Shown: one piece after another, positions 29,875-39,886 of the stretch
Layout of the letters: each line of letters starts with the position of its first letter
How positions within the stretch are numbered: the stretch's first letter is position 1
NCBI GenBank assembly: GCA_965238305.1
Contig: CBDEHK010000001.1
Coordinates: forward strand, 893,717-957,716
Origin: Alphaproteobacteria bacterium
Lineage (GTDB): Bacteria > Pseudomonadota > Alphaproteobacteria > GCA-2731375
Direction: 5' to 3'
Length of the DNA stretch: 64,000 nucleotides
Position numbers and translations under genes: made by a program
The notes under the pieces: generated by a model
What the model was told of the DNA's origin: nothing
Database searches by the model: none
Seen by the model: only the letters and a program-made list of their open reading frames with translations

Positions 29875-31671
29875 ATGAGCGAAGCTTCGATGACCCTAGG
29901 CGCTGCGATACGTACGGGGCGAACGGAATTTTGGGTTGCTTTTGTGCTCAGCTTTTTCATCAATATGCTAATGCTGACAATGCCGCTTTATATGATCCAG
30001 ATTTTCAGCCGGGTGTTGATGAGCAACAGTAAGGAAACCCTTTTTGTCCTGACTGTTGCGGCTCTCGGTGCCCTGGTCTTGATGGGTGTGTTGACGTCGC
30101 TGCGCGGCCGCTTATTGGCGCGCTGGAGCGCTAAGGTGGATACCCATCTGGGCGAACGGGTCCATGCGGCACTGGTTCAGCGTGCCTTGTTGAACCATTC
30201 CGGCCGCAATGTGCAGTCGCTGCGGGATCTGTCGCAAATTCGCAATATGATTGCCGGCAGCGATGTGCAGACCCTGTTGGACTTGCCCTGGATGCCGATC
30301 TTCCTCTGGGTGATTTGGCTGCTGCATCCCCTGATGGGCATGGTCGCGATCGCTGGCGCCTTGGTGCTGCTCGGTTTCGCCGTCTTGAACGATGTCTTGA
30401 CCCGGAAACCATTGGAAGAAGCCAATGGCGCCGCCACCAAAGCTTACGGCGCGGCGATGATGAATGTCCGCAATGCGGAAGTCATCCAAGGCATGGGCAT
30501 GTTGCAAAATGCCTTGCAAAGCTGGCGTGGATATAATGCGCAAGTGCTGGATAACCAATCGAAGGCGATGGACACGGCCGGCAATATCGCGGCGATGACA
30601 AAATCCGCTCGCCTGATGGTGCAGGTGTTGATTTTTGGCACTGGCGCCTATCTGGTGTTGAACCAGGAAATGACCGCCGGCCTGATGATCGCGGGTGTGT
30701 TTATTCTAGGCCGCGCCCTGGCGCCGGTCGAAATGTCGGTGCGGACCTGGAAGAATATGGTCTCCAGTATCTCGGCTTACCAACGTCTGACGACTTTGTT
30801 GAATAATGTGCCGGAGCAGGCGGAAACCATGACCTTGCCGGCACCAAAAGGAAAGCTGCAGGCACAGCATCTGCTTTTTATGCCCTTTGGCGCCGACAAA
30901 GCGACGGTACAGCGGGTGACATTTGTTCTCGAACCGGGCGAATCTCTTGGCGTGATCGGTCCCAGTGGCTCCGGCAAATCGACCCTGGCGAAGTTGCTGG
31001 TCGGCGTCTGGGTGCCGACCCGTGGCCATGCCCGACTTGATGGCGCCGATGTTTCAAGTTGGGACCCGAATGACTTGGGCCAATATGTCGGTTATCTGCC
31101 GCAGGACGTCGAACTATTCGAAACCAGTGTGCGTGAAAACATCTCCCGCCTGTCAGATGCGGAATCGGAGGAGATCGTTGCGGCGGCAAAAGCGGCGGGT
31201 GTCCACGAGATGATCCTGCGCCTGCCGGAAGGATACGAGACCAATATTGGTGACAGCGGCAGTCTGCTGTCCGGCGGCATGCGGCAGCGCGTCGGCTTGG
31301 CGCGGGCATTGTTCGGCAACCCGAAACTGATGATCTTGGACGAGCCGAATTCCAATCTTGATCGAGAAGGCGAGATTGCATTGATGAAAGCCCTGGCCAA
31401 CGCCAAGGCGCGCGGCTGTACCTGTGTCATCATTGCCCATCGCCCGTCGATCCTGACGAATGTCGATAAGATCATGGTGATGAATAACGGTCAGATGGAG
31501 ATGTTTGGCGATCGCGCCGACATCTTGGCAAAACTGGGCCCGCAACAATGGCGCCCGCAAGTGGTCGGTCGTAAACCCGGACAGCAAGGGGCGATCGCCG
31601 ATGACAGCGATGGACAAAAACAGCAAAAACCAGCACAGACGCCGCCAAAAGCACCGCAACAAGGCCAATAG
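29875..31671 (+). CDS. Type I secretion ABC permease/ATPase (PrtD/RsaD family)
   Basis: PLYMIQIFSRV, LLDLPW, GRALAPVE, GPSGSGKST, LSGG, LDEPNSNLD. Confidence 0.95.
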   Translation: MSEASMTLGAAIRTGRTEFWVAFVLSFFINMLMLTMPLYMIQIFSRVLMSNSKETLFVLTVAALGALVLMGVLTSLRGRLLARWSAKVDTHLGERVHAALVQRALLNHSGRNVQSLRDLSQIRNMIAGSDVQTLLDLPWMPIFLWVIWLLHPLMGMVAIAGALVLLGFAVLNDVLTRKPLEEANGAATKAYGAAMMNVRNAEVIQGMGMLQNALQSWRGYNAQVLDNQSKAMDTAGNIAAMTKSARLMVQVLIFGTGAYLVLNQEMTAGLMIAGVFILGRALAPVEMSVRTWKNMVSSISAYQRLTTLLNNVPEQAETMTLPAPKGKLQAQHLLFMPFGADKATVQRVTFVLEPGESLGVIGPSGSGKSTLAKLLVGVWVPTRGHARLDGADVSSWDPNDLGQYVGYLPQDVELFETSVRENISRLSDAESEEIVAAAKAAGVHEMILRLPEGYETNIGDSGSLLSGGMRQRVGLARALFGNPKLMILDEPNSNLDREGEIALMKALANAKARGCTCVIIAHRPSILTNVDKIMVMNNGQMEMFGDRADILAKLGPQQWRPQVVGRKPGQQGAIADDSDGQKQQKPAQTPPKAPQQGQ

Positions 31672-31683
31672 GCGAAAGTAGTA

Positions 31684-33015
31684 TTGATGGCAAAATTATC
31701 GATCGAACCAAACGAACGAATTGCCCAGCTTAATCGCAGCACCCGGCGCGTGATCTGGACCAGTATACTGACGGTCGTAGTGATCTTCGGGCTCGGCGGT
31801 TATTGGGTTGCGACGGCCAAACTAGACAGCGCGGCGATCGCCAACGGCGTGATCATCGTAAAAAGCGAGCGTAAAACGATTCAGCATTTGGAAGGCGGGA
31901 TCGTCCATAAAATATTGGTCGCTGCGGGGGACAAAGTTGCTGCTAACCAGGTGATGATACAATTAGATGCAACCAGCGCTGAAGCCAATAAAGAACTATT
32001 GCAGGGCCGCCTGTTTACGGCGACCGCCTTGGAAAATCGCCTGCTGGCCGAGCGCGACGGACATGACCAGATCAATTTTTCGGACAGTTTATTGAACAAT
32101 GATCACGACCCGGACGTCGTCGAAGCGATGTCCGGCGAAACCCATATCTTTGTTGCCCGCCGGGAAGCTTTGGCCGGTCAAACAGCGATATTGCAGCAAA
32201 AAATTGCCCAGTTAAAAGAAGAAATTCGGGGCTTGGATGCACAACAGAAAGCCGAGCAGCGACAAGTGGTCCTCATTCTCGAAGAAATCCGGGACCAGGA
32301 TTCGCTGGTCAAAAAAGGTCTGGCGCGGAAAACCCGGGTGTTGGCGTTGCAACGGCATCTGGCCGAATTGGAAGGGCAACGTGGCGAATATCTGGCCTCC
32401 ATTGCGCGGGCCAAACAGCAAATTGGCGAAGCCAAGTTGAGCATGATCGACTTGAAAAACCGGCAAATGAGCGAGGTCGTCACGACCTTGCGGGAAGTCC
32501 AAGCACGGATAGACGATACCGAAGAACGTTTGCGCGCTTCGATCGATGTATTGCGGCGAACTGAAATCAGAGCCCCGCAAGCGGGCACCGTTGCGGACTT
32601 GCAGATACACACCACCGGCGGCGTCATTCGCCCAGGCGAACGGATTATGGACCTGGTTCCGAAGGACGACGAATTGGTCATCGAAGCCGATTTGCGCCCA
32701 GAAGATATTGATGTGGTTCACATTGGCCTGCGGGCGCAAATTCGCCTGACGGCGTTTAATCGACGCTCCACACCACCGGTCGACGGTCGCGTGACCTTCG
32801 TTTCCCCGGATCGCCTGATCAACAGCGAGACCGGTTTGCCTTATTATAAGGTTGTCGTCGAAGTCTTGCCCGAGTCGTTGGAAAAATTACATGACATCGA
32901 ATTGTACCCCGGCATGGGCGCGGTGGCGTTCATTGCCACGGGTTCACGGACCGCGTTGGACTATCTGATATCTCCGATCGCCGACAGTTTTGAACGCGCG
33001 ATGCGTGAAGATTGA
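31684..33015 (+). CDS. Type I secretion membrane fusion protein (HlyD/PrtE family)
   Basis: IQHLEGGIV, IRAPQAGTV, GGVIRPGE, LYPGM, C-terminal AMRE. Confidence 0.95.
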   Translation: MMAKLSIEPNERIAQLNRSTRRVIWTSILTVVVIFGLGGYWVATAKLDSAAIANGVIIVKSERKTIQHLEGGIVHKILVAAGDKVAANQVMIQLDATSAEANKELLQGRLFTATALENRLLAERDGHDQINFSDSLLNNDHDPDVVEAMSGETHIFVARREALAGQTAILQQKIAQLKEEIRGLDAQQKAEQRQVVLILEEIRDQDSLVKKGLARKTRVLALQRHLAELEGQRGEYLASIARAKQQIGEAKLSMIDLKNRQMSEVVTTLREVQARIDDTEERLRASIDVLRRTEIRAPQAGTVADLQIHTTGGVIRPGERIMDLVPKDDELVIEADLRPEDIDVVHIGLRAQIRLTAFNRRSTPPVDGRVTFVSPDRLINSETGLPYYKVVVEVLPESLEKLHDIELYPGMGAVAFIATGSRTALDYLISPIADSFERAMRED

Positions 33016-33037
33016 TGGCGAACCGCAATTACCTGGG

Positions 33038-34315
33038 TTAAGCGATCGAACGCACGGGCTGGCCCGGCGGTACAACCGCGTTGGGATCCGTTGCCTGCGG
33101 TCGCCGACGGTTCGCCAAGGTTTGTAATAGACGCAATTGCGCCGGCAGACATTTTTCCAGATCATACCGCTCGAGTACTGTTAGCCGGGCATTTTCGCGA
33201 ATTTCGGTCATGCGCGCCTGCCCGTCCAATGCTTCGATGACCCGATTGGCAACGTCATCTGAAGAGAAAAAGTCGACCAGCAAGCCGTTCCATCCATCCT
33301 CGATCACTTCGGTTACCGGACCGGTATTTGAGCCGATCACGAGACAGCCCGCGGCCATCGATTCCAGCATCGACCAAGACAGGACAAACGGTTTGGTCAA
33401 ATATATGTGGGCGGCTGATACTTGCAGGACTTTTAGATACTGGGCGTAGGGCAGCGTGCCGAGGAAATGCACCCGGTCGTGATCGATATCGACTTCCTTT
33501 AACATTTGTTCTTTGTGGGTTTCTCCCTGCGGCAGTTTGCGGCCATACCCGGCTTTGTTCCCGCCAACCAAAAGAAAGTGGCAGTTTGGGCGTTCTTTGC
33601 AAAGCCGTTCGATCGCTCGCATCACCGTTGGAAAACCACGATAGGGATCCATATCGCGGGCCACGTAGCTTACCACTTCATCACCAGGGCGGATGACGCT
33701 GCCATCGGGCAGGGTGACTTGTGCGTTGGCATCGGGACGCACGATCTGGGTGTTCACGCCTTCGTGGATGACGCTGATTTTCGACTTGTACAGATCAGGT
33801 TGTTGATTGAACTGCCAATAGGTCGGGGTTAGTCCCCAATCGGCGCTGTCCAGGGCCATTAAATTGATTGAGTTCTTGGTGCGAATGCGTAGCAAATTGT
33901 CCCATTCCGGCTTTTCCACCGGATCAAAATGCACATCGGCGCCAAAGGCATGATAGTAGAATTCGAAATAATTCAACAAAGGCACATCGGCCAGGACATC
34001 TTTGACATACATCGCCTCACCCCAACCAGGATGGGCAACGACAATGTCCGGTGTAAAACCTTCTTTGCGTAGATTGTTGACCGTCTGCGCCACCGGCTGA
34101 CCGTGGCAAATGCCATTTTGTAGGCCCTGAATATAGTGATGGGTGCCGGGCGGCTTTTGGGCTCGCGGCTTATATTCGACTTTGCGGACACCCTGCAGTT
34201 CTTTTTTCGTCGCTTTGGTAATAAACACGACTTCGTTGTCCGGACTGCGCGCTATGTGGCGCGCCATGTGGACAAACTGGCCAGGCATGTTCTGGTGAAT
34301 AAAAAGTGCTTTCAT
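33038..34315 (-). CDS. Glycosyltransferase family 4 (paralog of 13920..15179)
   Basis: HQNMPGQF, HPGWGE, PYRGF, FVLSWSMLESMA. Confidence 0.92.
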   Translation of the reverse strand: MKALFIHQNMPGQFVHMARHIARSPDNEVVFITKATKKELQGVRKVEYKPRAQKPPGTHHYIQGLQNGICHGQPVAQTVNNLRKEGFTPDIVVAHPGWGEAMYVKDVLADVPLLNYFEFYYHAFGADVHFDPVEKPEWDNLLRIRTKNSINLMALDSADWGLTPTYWQFNQQPDLYKSKISVIHEGVNTQIVRPDANAQVTLPDGSVIRPGDEVVSYVARDMDPYRGFPTVMRAIERLCKERPNCHFLLVGGNKAGYGRKLPQGETHKEQMLKEVDIDHDRVHFLGTLPYAQYLKVLQVSAAHIYLTKPFVLSWSMLESMAAGCLVIGSNTGPVTEVIEDGWNGLLVDFFSSDDVANRVIEALDGQARMTEIRENARLTVLERYDLEKCLPAQLRLLQTLANRRRPQATDPNAVVPPGQPVRSIA

Positions 34316-34429
34316 CGCAACTTCAAGGCTCACGTGACGGTTGAACAAAATGAAGCCCCGGTCAGGCTGTCGGGGTCGAGCGGAGTTTAATCAACTCGGC
34401 TGCGGCAATCAATTGGACAAATATTAATA

Positions 34430-34456
34430 TCGACGGAAATTCAAGCCAAGTCCGTT
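34430..34456 (+). promoter_or_regulatory. Putative ECF sigma promoter
   Basis: TCGACGGAAAT-N12-CGTT, repeated with identical spacing at 36449-36475. Confidence 0.55.
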
Positions 34457-34505
34457 CAATAGCCATCATTCATTCACACATACGACCACTATAGAAGAGG
34501 CAGAA

Positions 34506-34940
34506 ATGACAAAACGAGACTTGGTAAAATTGTTGACGATCCTGGCGGCCACTGGTGCGATCGCGGGCACCGCAATGGCGACGGGCGGGGATTGGCAGGC
34601 GCGTTTCGACAAATTGGACGTCAATGGAGACGGTAAAGTCACGCAAAGCGAAATCGATCTACAGCGTGCCGCGCGATATAAAGAAATCGATAAAAACGGC
34701 GATGGCGTCATTGACCAAGGCGAATACAAATCTCACGTGATCTCAAAAATGGAACCGCGCATCGAAAAACGCTATCAGAAAATGGATAGCGATAACGACG
34801 GCAAGGTCACGGTAGCTGAATTTCAAGCCCAAAAACACGGTCGCCATTTCAAACGCATGGATGCCGATGGCGATGGCGTCATCAGCAAAGAAGAAGCTGC
34901 CAAGGCGGCCAAGAAACGCGAAATGAGGAAACGTCACTAA
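34506..34940 (+). CDS. Secreted EF-hand calcium-binding protein
   Basis: Signal peptide plus four EF-hand loops (DVNGDGKV, DKNGDGVI, DSDNDGKV, DADGDGVI). Confidence 0.9.
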   Translation: MTKRDLVKLLTILAATGAIAGTAMATGGDWQARFDKLDVNGDGKVTQSEIDLQRAARYKEIDKNGDGVIDQGEYKSHVISKMEPRIEKRYQKMDSDNDGKVTVAEFQAQKHGRHFKRMDADGDGVISKEEAAKAAKKREMRKRH

Positions 34941-35001
34941 CAAATTCGACTGGACTTCACCAAATCGCTAGGTCCGCGTAAGTTGATGGTGAGGAATAAC
35001 G

Positions 35002-35571
35002 TTGTTGATGGAAAGCGACAGAATAAAGGACGCGAATTTGATGACGCAGGTGGCGGCGGGTGACCGCCGCGCCCAGCGTCAGCTTGTCGACGCCCATCTG
35101 GGACCGATATTCGCTTTGGCCAGGCGGATGTTAAATAACACCGCACAAGCCGAAGACAACTGCCAGGAAGCCTTTTTACGGCTATGGCAAGTCGCCCCGC
35201 GTTGGCAACCGGACGCCAAAATCGGTACCTGGCTTTATCGGATTACCTATAATCTTTGTATCGACGAATTGCGCCGCCAGCGCCGTTTGTCGGACGAAGA
35301 GGCGCCGGAGCAGGCCGACCCGGCGCCCAATGCGATGGAGCAACAGCACCGCCGGGAAGTTCTTGCAACCCTGGAGGGGGAGATGGAAAAACTACCGCTC
35401 AGGCAGCGGACGGCAATCACCCTGGTGCATCATCAAGAGTTGAGTAACATCGATGCGGCAGACATTATGGAGATCAGTGTCGATGCCTTGGAATCACTGC
35501 TGGCCCGGGGGCGGCGAAAATTGCGGCTGGCCTTGCTTGCACAGAAAGAAGAGCTGATAGGAGCGCTATGA
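35002..35571 (+). CDS. ECF sigma-70 factor
   Basis: AEDNCQEAFLRLW, TWLYRITYNLCID, region 4 LPLRQRTAI...ESLLARGRRKL. Confidence 0.93.
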   Translation: MLMESDRIKDANLMTQVAAGDRRAQRQLVDAHLGPIFALARRMLNNTAQAEDNCQEAFLRLWQVAPRWQPDAKIGTWLYRITYNLCIDELRRQRRLSDEEAPEQADPAPNAMEQQHRREVLATLEGEMEKLPLRQRTAITLVHHQELSNIDAADIMEISVDALESLLARGRRKLRLALLAQKEELIGAL

Positions 35572-35981
35572 TGACAGAACAGCGAAGGGAAGATATGCAG
35601 CGTCTACACGCGGTTATTGATGCCTATGGAAGCGTACCCCGACGCTGGCCGGAAGGTGAACGCGCGGCGCTGAAAGCTTTATTGTCGGAAAGCGCCGAAG
35701 CCCAGGCCGCCTTGACAATGGCAGCGGAATTGGACCAGGCGCTGGATAATATGGCGCCGCCGCAAGCCTCGCCAGAACTGATGGCGAATATCCTCTACGT
35801 GCCGCCAAAAGCGGATTGGCACCAAACCTTGGCGCAATTCTGGCCGTTTGGGGCGCTTTGGAAACCGGCAAGTGGATTAGTATTAGCCGCCGCATTGAGC
35901 GTATTTGTTGCCCTTTCGGTGCCTTTGCCGGGAGCCGAAATGGACCTGGTTGAAGAAATAGAGACGGAGATATTGGGATAA
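35568..35981 (+). CDS. Putative membrane anti-sigma factor
   Basis: Overlaps the sigma stop codon; DAYG..RRWP motif, one TM helix. Confidence 0.7.
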   Translation: MMTEQRREDMQRLHAVIDAYGSVPRRWPEGERAALKALLSESAEAQAALTMAAELDQALDNMAPPQASPELMANILYVPPKADWHQTLAQFWPFGALWKPASGLVLAAALSVFVALSVPLPGAEMDLVEEIETEILG

Positions 35982-35985
35982 GATA

Positions 35986-36444
35986 ATGCGGACACAAAAA
36001 CGCCTTTCAATTGCGCTGTTTGTTTCGGTCGCGGTAAGTTTGTTTTTAGCCGGGATGCTGGCGACATTGCTTGTTCGCGGCGACGGCGACGGTCGACATC
36101 AACGCTTTTCCCGCTTTGATCGGGAGGCGGCGGTCGCCACCTTGAGCACCGACGGCCAGCAAATTGTTCGGGAAATTTGGCAAAAACGCGCGGAAACAAT
36201 CCGTGATGCAGCCAAAACCAGACGTGCCTTACGCCGTGAAATGCGCGAATTACTATTAGCGGATGCATTCGATTCTACGCGTTATGCAGCATTAAGCGAG
36301 GAATTTCATCGCAGTTCGGCTGTCATGTACCGATCTTTGCGCGCCGCGATCGGAGAAACAGCGGCGGCACTAACGTCGGCAGATCGAAAGAAGTATTTCA
36401 CCAGTGGCTTCAAAAAACGCCATCGTAAGAAAAAGAAGGACTAA
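35986..36444 (+). CDS. Periplasmic heavy-metal-sensor / Spy-CpxP-like protein
   Basis: N-terminal TM SVAVSLFLAG, helical body, position after the anti-sigma gene. Confidence 0.72.
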   Translation: MRTQKRLSIALFVSVAVSLFLAGMLATLLVRGDGDGRHQRFSRFDREAAVATLSTDGQQIVREIWQKRAETIRDAAKTRRALRREMRELLLADAFDSTRYAALSEEFHRSSAVMYRSLRAAIGETAAALTSADRKKYFTSGFKKRHRKKKKD

Positions 36445-36448
36445 TTTT

Positions 36449-36475
36449 TCGACGGAAATCTTTCCGTGCGACGTT
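36449..36475 (+). promoter_or_regulatory. Putative ECF sigma promoter
   Basis: TCGACGGAAAT-N12-CGTT. Confidence 0.55.
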
Positions 36476-36523
36476 TGAAGATGTGTTGGAGGGGTCATGA
36501 CCGACAAAACGGGAGTAGACAAA

Positions 36524-36970
36524 ATGACTCGTACAAAAAAACTGACAGTTTCTCTTATCGCCATGGTGTTGGCAGGCGGTGTATTCGCAAGCGGTGCGTC
36601 CGCGCATGGCAAGAACAAACATTCAAAGCCGGCCTACAACAAGCATGCGGCGCCGTATCATAATGGAAATTCAAATGGTTATCGCCATAATGGTCGCGGT
36701 CGGGGCAATAACAACTGGTATCCTGGCCATTCTAATCAGGTAAAGTTGTATGGCTGGCCTCCGGTCGGGCAGGGCTACAAACGAGGTTATGGGCACAAAA
36801 AAGGATATGGCTACGGCCATAATAATCACCATGGTCGCCAAAGCCACAAACATTATGGCGGTTATAGCTATCATCGCGTCCACCGCGACGCATTTAAATG
36901 GGCGGCGATTACCGCCATCACGCTAGGTGTGATCAATCATATCGGCCATACGCATCAACATAGCCGATAA
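36524..36970 (+). CDS. Secreted His/Gly/Tyr-rich hypothetical protein
   Basis: GGGAG RBS, signal peptide ending ASA, low-complexity H/G/Y/N body. Confidence 0.7.
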   Translation: MTRTKKLTVSLIAMVLAGGVFASGASAHGKNKHSKPAYNKHAAPYHNGNSNGYRHNGRGRGNNNWYPGHSNQVKLYGWPPVGQGYKRGYGHKKGYGYGHNNHHGRQSHKHYGGYSYHRVHRDAFKWAAITAITLGVINHIGHTHQHSR

Positions 36971-36997
36971 AATTTTCGCGGACTTCTCAACTTAAGC

Positions 36998-37492
36998 CTA
37001 GTCCTTTGTTGGCGCTGCGTGGCCGGATTGATGATCTTTCATCGGGCCTGCGGCGCCGATTTTCATGATTTTGACCATCACCGGAATTTTACCGGCATTC
37101 TCAAAAACCAAAGGCATGGGGAACATCTCCCCTTCCTTTAACGGGGACTTCAGCTTCATCAACATGACGTGCAGGCCGCCAGGTTTGAAAGTGACTTTGC
37201 CGCCGCTCGCAATTTCGATGGGTCCGGCCGGACGCATTTTCATGACCCCACTTTCATGTTTGTGCATATGCACTTCGGCCCGCGCGGATATGTTTGTTTC
37301 GATCCCTATCAGGTGGTCGCTTGCGCCCTGATTAGCAATCGTCACATAGGCCGCGCCATTTGGTGAATTACCCGGCGTTGCCCGGGCCCAGGCTGTTTCT
37401 ACAATCAAGCTGCCAGCGTCGGCTGTCGTGACCAGGAATAGAACCGCTGTGACCAATAGTGGCGCAAAACAACGGCATAGTTTATTGAACAT
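36998..37492 (-). CDS. Copper chaperone PCu(A)C
   Basis: WARAT, AAYVTI, EVHM...GVMKM, FKPGGLHVML. Confidence 0.9.
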   Translation of the reverse strand: MFNKLCRCFAPLLVTAVLFLVTTADAGSLIVETAWARATPGNSPNGAAYVTIANQGASDHLIGIETNISARAEVHMHKHESGVMKMRPAGPIEIASGGKVTFKPGGLHVMLMKLKSPLKEGEMFPMPLVFENAGKIPVMVKIMKIGAAGPMKDHQSGHAAPTKD

Positions 37493-37619
37493 TTTGGGTC
37501 TCCGACCGGCTGGCAATAATGGCGAATAAAACTGGGATGTCTTTTGTTTGAATGATCGAGAGACTATAAACGATATTTGAATTCGTACCCAGAAGCAGAA
37601 TGTCGCAGGGGGAAACATT

Positions 37620-38081
37620 ATGGCGCCACTTGTGAAAATCTTTGTCCCCCAAACCGCGGCCGAGTTGGTGTCGGTGCAAGAGCTGTTTGCGGACTATGTG
37701 GCCTCTCTTACCATTGATCTGGAATTCCAAAACTATCAGGCAGAAAAGGTGGGGTTTCCGCATGTTTACAAGCTTCTTCTTGCGGCGTCTGTTGATGGTG
37801 AGATCGAGGCGGCGGTGGCGATGAAACAGCTCAATCTCGAAATATGTGAGATGAAACGACTTTATTGCCGGCCGGAATGTCGCAGCCTCGGCCTCGGTCG
37901 TCGCCTGGCCGCAGCCTTGATCGTCAAAGCCCGCCAGATGGGTTTCCGTCAGATGTATCTCGATACCTTCGACGATATGGCAGCAGCTCTGGCGTTATAC
38001 CGCAAACTTGGTTTTGCAGAAATACCGGCTTATTACGACAATCCTCATCCAGGCGCCCATTTCATGGCATTGACCTTATAA
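37620..38081 (+). CDS. GNAT N-acetyltransferase
   Basis: CEMKRLY, RSLGLGR, MYLDT, ALALYRKLGF. Confidence 0.9.
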   Translation: MAPLVKIFVPQTAAELVSVQELFADYVASLTIDLEFQNYQAEKVGFPHVYKLLLAASVDGEIEAAVAMKQLNLEICEMKRLYCRPECRSLGLGRRLAAALIVKARQMGFRQMYLDTFDDMAAALALYRKLGFAEIPAYYDNPHPGAHFMALTL

Positions 38082-38104
38082 CGATCAGCGGGTATTCGGC
38101 GCGT

Positions 38105-39814
38105 CTAGTCCTCATCCACCCGTTCAATCAGGCCCATTTTCAGCAACCAACCGATCGTCCGATAAATCTTCGACGGCGCTGGATTGCCGCTAATGGTGGT
38201 TAATAACGCCACGACGCTCAGCGGCCCTTGGTCGGCCACCGTCGTCAGCATCTGTTGGCATTCCTCTTCACTAACAAGGCCGTTATTGCCGAGACTGGTG
38301 AGTTTGTGCTGTCGCAATGTTGCCAGATCAGGCACCACCTCGAGGCGACCAACACGGAGCCGCAGGTTATTGTTCAGTCGGGCTGTCGGATAGGTGTCAA
38401 AAAGCTGGAAAGGATCGGGGCGCGATGGATGGCCTTGTAAGGCCGGATTGGCATCAATCGCCGGCCCGTCCCGGTGGCGGCGATCACTCATTTCCTGCCA
38501 CAGATTTTGATAGCTTGCGATCACATGTCGCCAATCAAAGATATCGCGCGCCCGTTGTTTGCCAGCGGCGCCCATTTTTCGACGTAGAGCCGGATTTTCA
38601 ATTAAGGCGACAAGGGCATCTCTGGTTTTGGCAATATCAACCGCCGTGCTGATCGATGCGTGGCCGATATAATGGTCGTAGTTCATGACATCCAGCGCAT
38701 GTTGCTGGGCCAGAACCTGGCCGCTGCCGTCTGGTGGTGTCAGCGTTGGGATCGCGAAGCCGTCGACGCCTTGACGCATGGTGTCGCGATAGCCATCCCA
38801 ATCGCTCACCACGAGCGGTAATCCGGCGGCCATTGCTTCGATTGGCGTGAGGCCGAAAGTTTCCTGCACATTGTCGACCAGGGAACAGAAAATATCGGCT
38901 GCCGCCCAACTGCAGGCGCGGCTATTTTCTAGTTTGCCATCCGCAAAGATGACGTTAACCGAAGGGGCAAAATCCCGTGCCCCGTCTTTAAAGGCCTGTT
39001 CGATACCGTCGGTACTGAACCAACCGGTCTGCACCAGATGAATGTTTTTGCCGGTTTGCCGGCTGGCTTGCTCGAGCGCCAAATACATCGGATAGGGGTT
39101 GGCTTTGGCATGGAAACTTAGCCGGCCTAGAAACAAGACGACGATGTCGTCGTCGCCGATATTGTGCTGGCGGCGGAAATCTTGTCTTTGCTGGGCCCGT
39201 TTTTTGGTGTCGGCGAAGGCGTCGCAATCGACCCCTAAAGGGATCACCGGCAGCATCGGTTTGGGCACTTTTGTCGCCCCCAGGCGTTCCGCCAAATAGG
39301 GCGTCCAGCGGTCGTATATATTTTCCACCGTTTGTTTCACGCAAATGGAGGTGCAGATCAAAGCGTCCCAGGGATAAACGGGCGCCAGTGGCAAGGCGCC
39401 AAAACTATCCATTACAGAATGGGAAGCGGTAGTGTGGGTGATGCCGCAGATGCTGAATGAACTGGCGCCAAAAAACTGGCGCTGCCAGGCCCATTTTGGT
39501 AGCCCCGGATCATACGTCATCAAACAGCCAGGTTCGCTGACTTGATCCAAACGATGGGGCCGAATCCAATTGACTTTAACTTGATCGGCATTGCCGCGGG
39601 CTTGGGATAATTGCTTGCCGAATTCCTGAGCCGCTTCGCGGGACGGGGAGAGTGCGAAATAACGTTCGATTTCGCCATGGCGCCCTAAAGCTTTGACAAA
39701 TGCCTCGCCCGCCGACTGCCGGCCCATCAATTTGCCGCGTTCGCGGCTAAATTCCGTTGGCAGGTAATAGATCGCCGCGTTGTTTTTTGTTCGATCTTCA
39801 GCGGTCATCATCAA
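38105..39814 (-). CDS. Glycosyltransferase family 4
   Basis: VIPLGVD, GRLSFHAK, QETFGLTPIEAMAAGLP. Confidence 0.9.
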   Translation of the reverse strand: MMMTAEDRTKNNAAIYYLPTEFSRERGKLMGRQSAGEAFVKALGRHGEIERYFALSPSREAAQEFGKQLSQARGNADQVKVNWIRPHRLDQVSEPGCLMTYDPGLPKWAWQRQFFGASSFSICGITHTTASHSVMDSFGALPLAPVYPWDALICTSICVKQTVENIYDRWTPYLAERLGATKVPKPMLPVIPLGVDCDAFADTKKRAQQRQDFRRQHNIGDDDIVVLFLGRLSFHAKANPYPMYLALEQASRQTGKNIHLVQTGWFSTDGIEQAFKDGARDFAPSVNVIFADGKLENSRACSWAAADIFCSLVDNVQETFGLTPIEAMAAGLPLVVSDWDGYRDTMRQGVDGFAIPTLTPPDGSGQVLAQQHALDVMNYDHYIGHASISTAVDIAKTRDALVALIENPALRRKMGAAGKQRARDIFDWRHVIASYQNLWQEMSDRRHRDGPAIDANPALQGHPSRPDPFQLFDTYPTARLNNNLRLRVGRLEVVPDLATLRQHKLTSLGNNGLVSEEECQQMLTTVADQGPLSVVALLTTISGNPAPSKIYRTIGWLLKMGLIERVDED

Positions 39815-39886
39815 GCCTGTGTCCTCTACGCCCTACGTGCTAGACACAGATAATTCATTCCGCTTCTAAAATCACGGGATTTTCAA

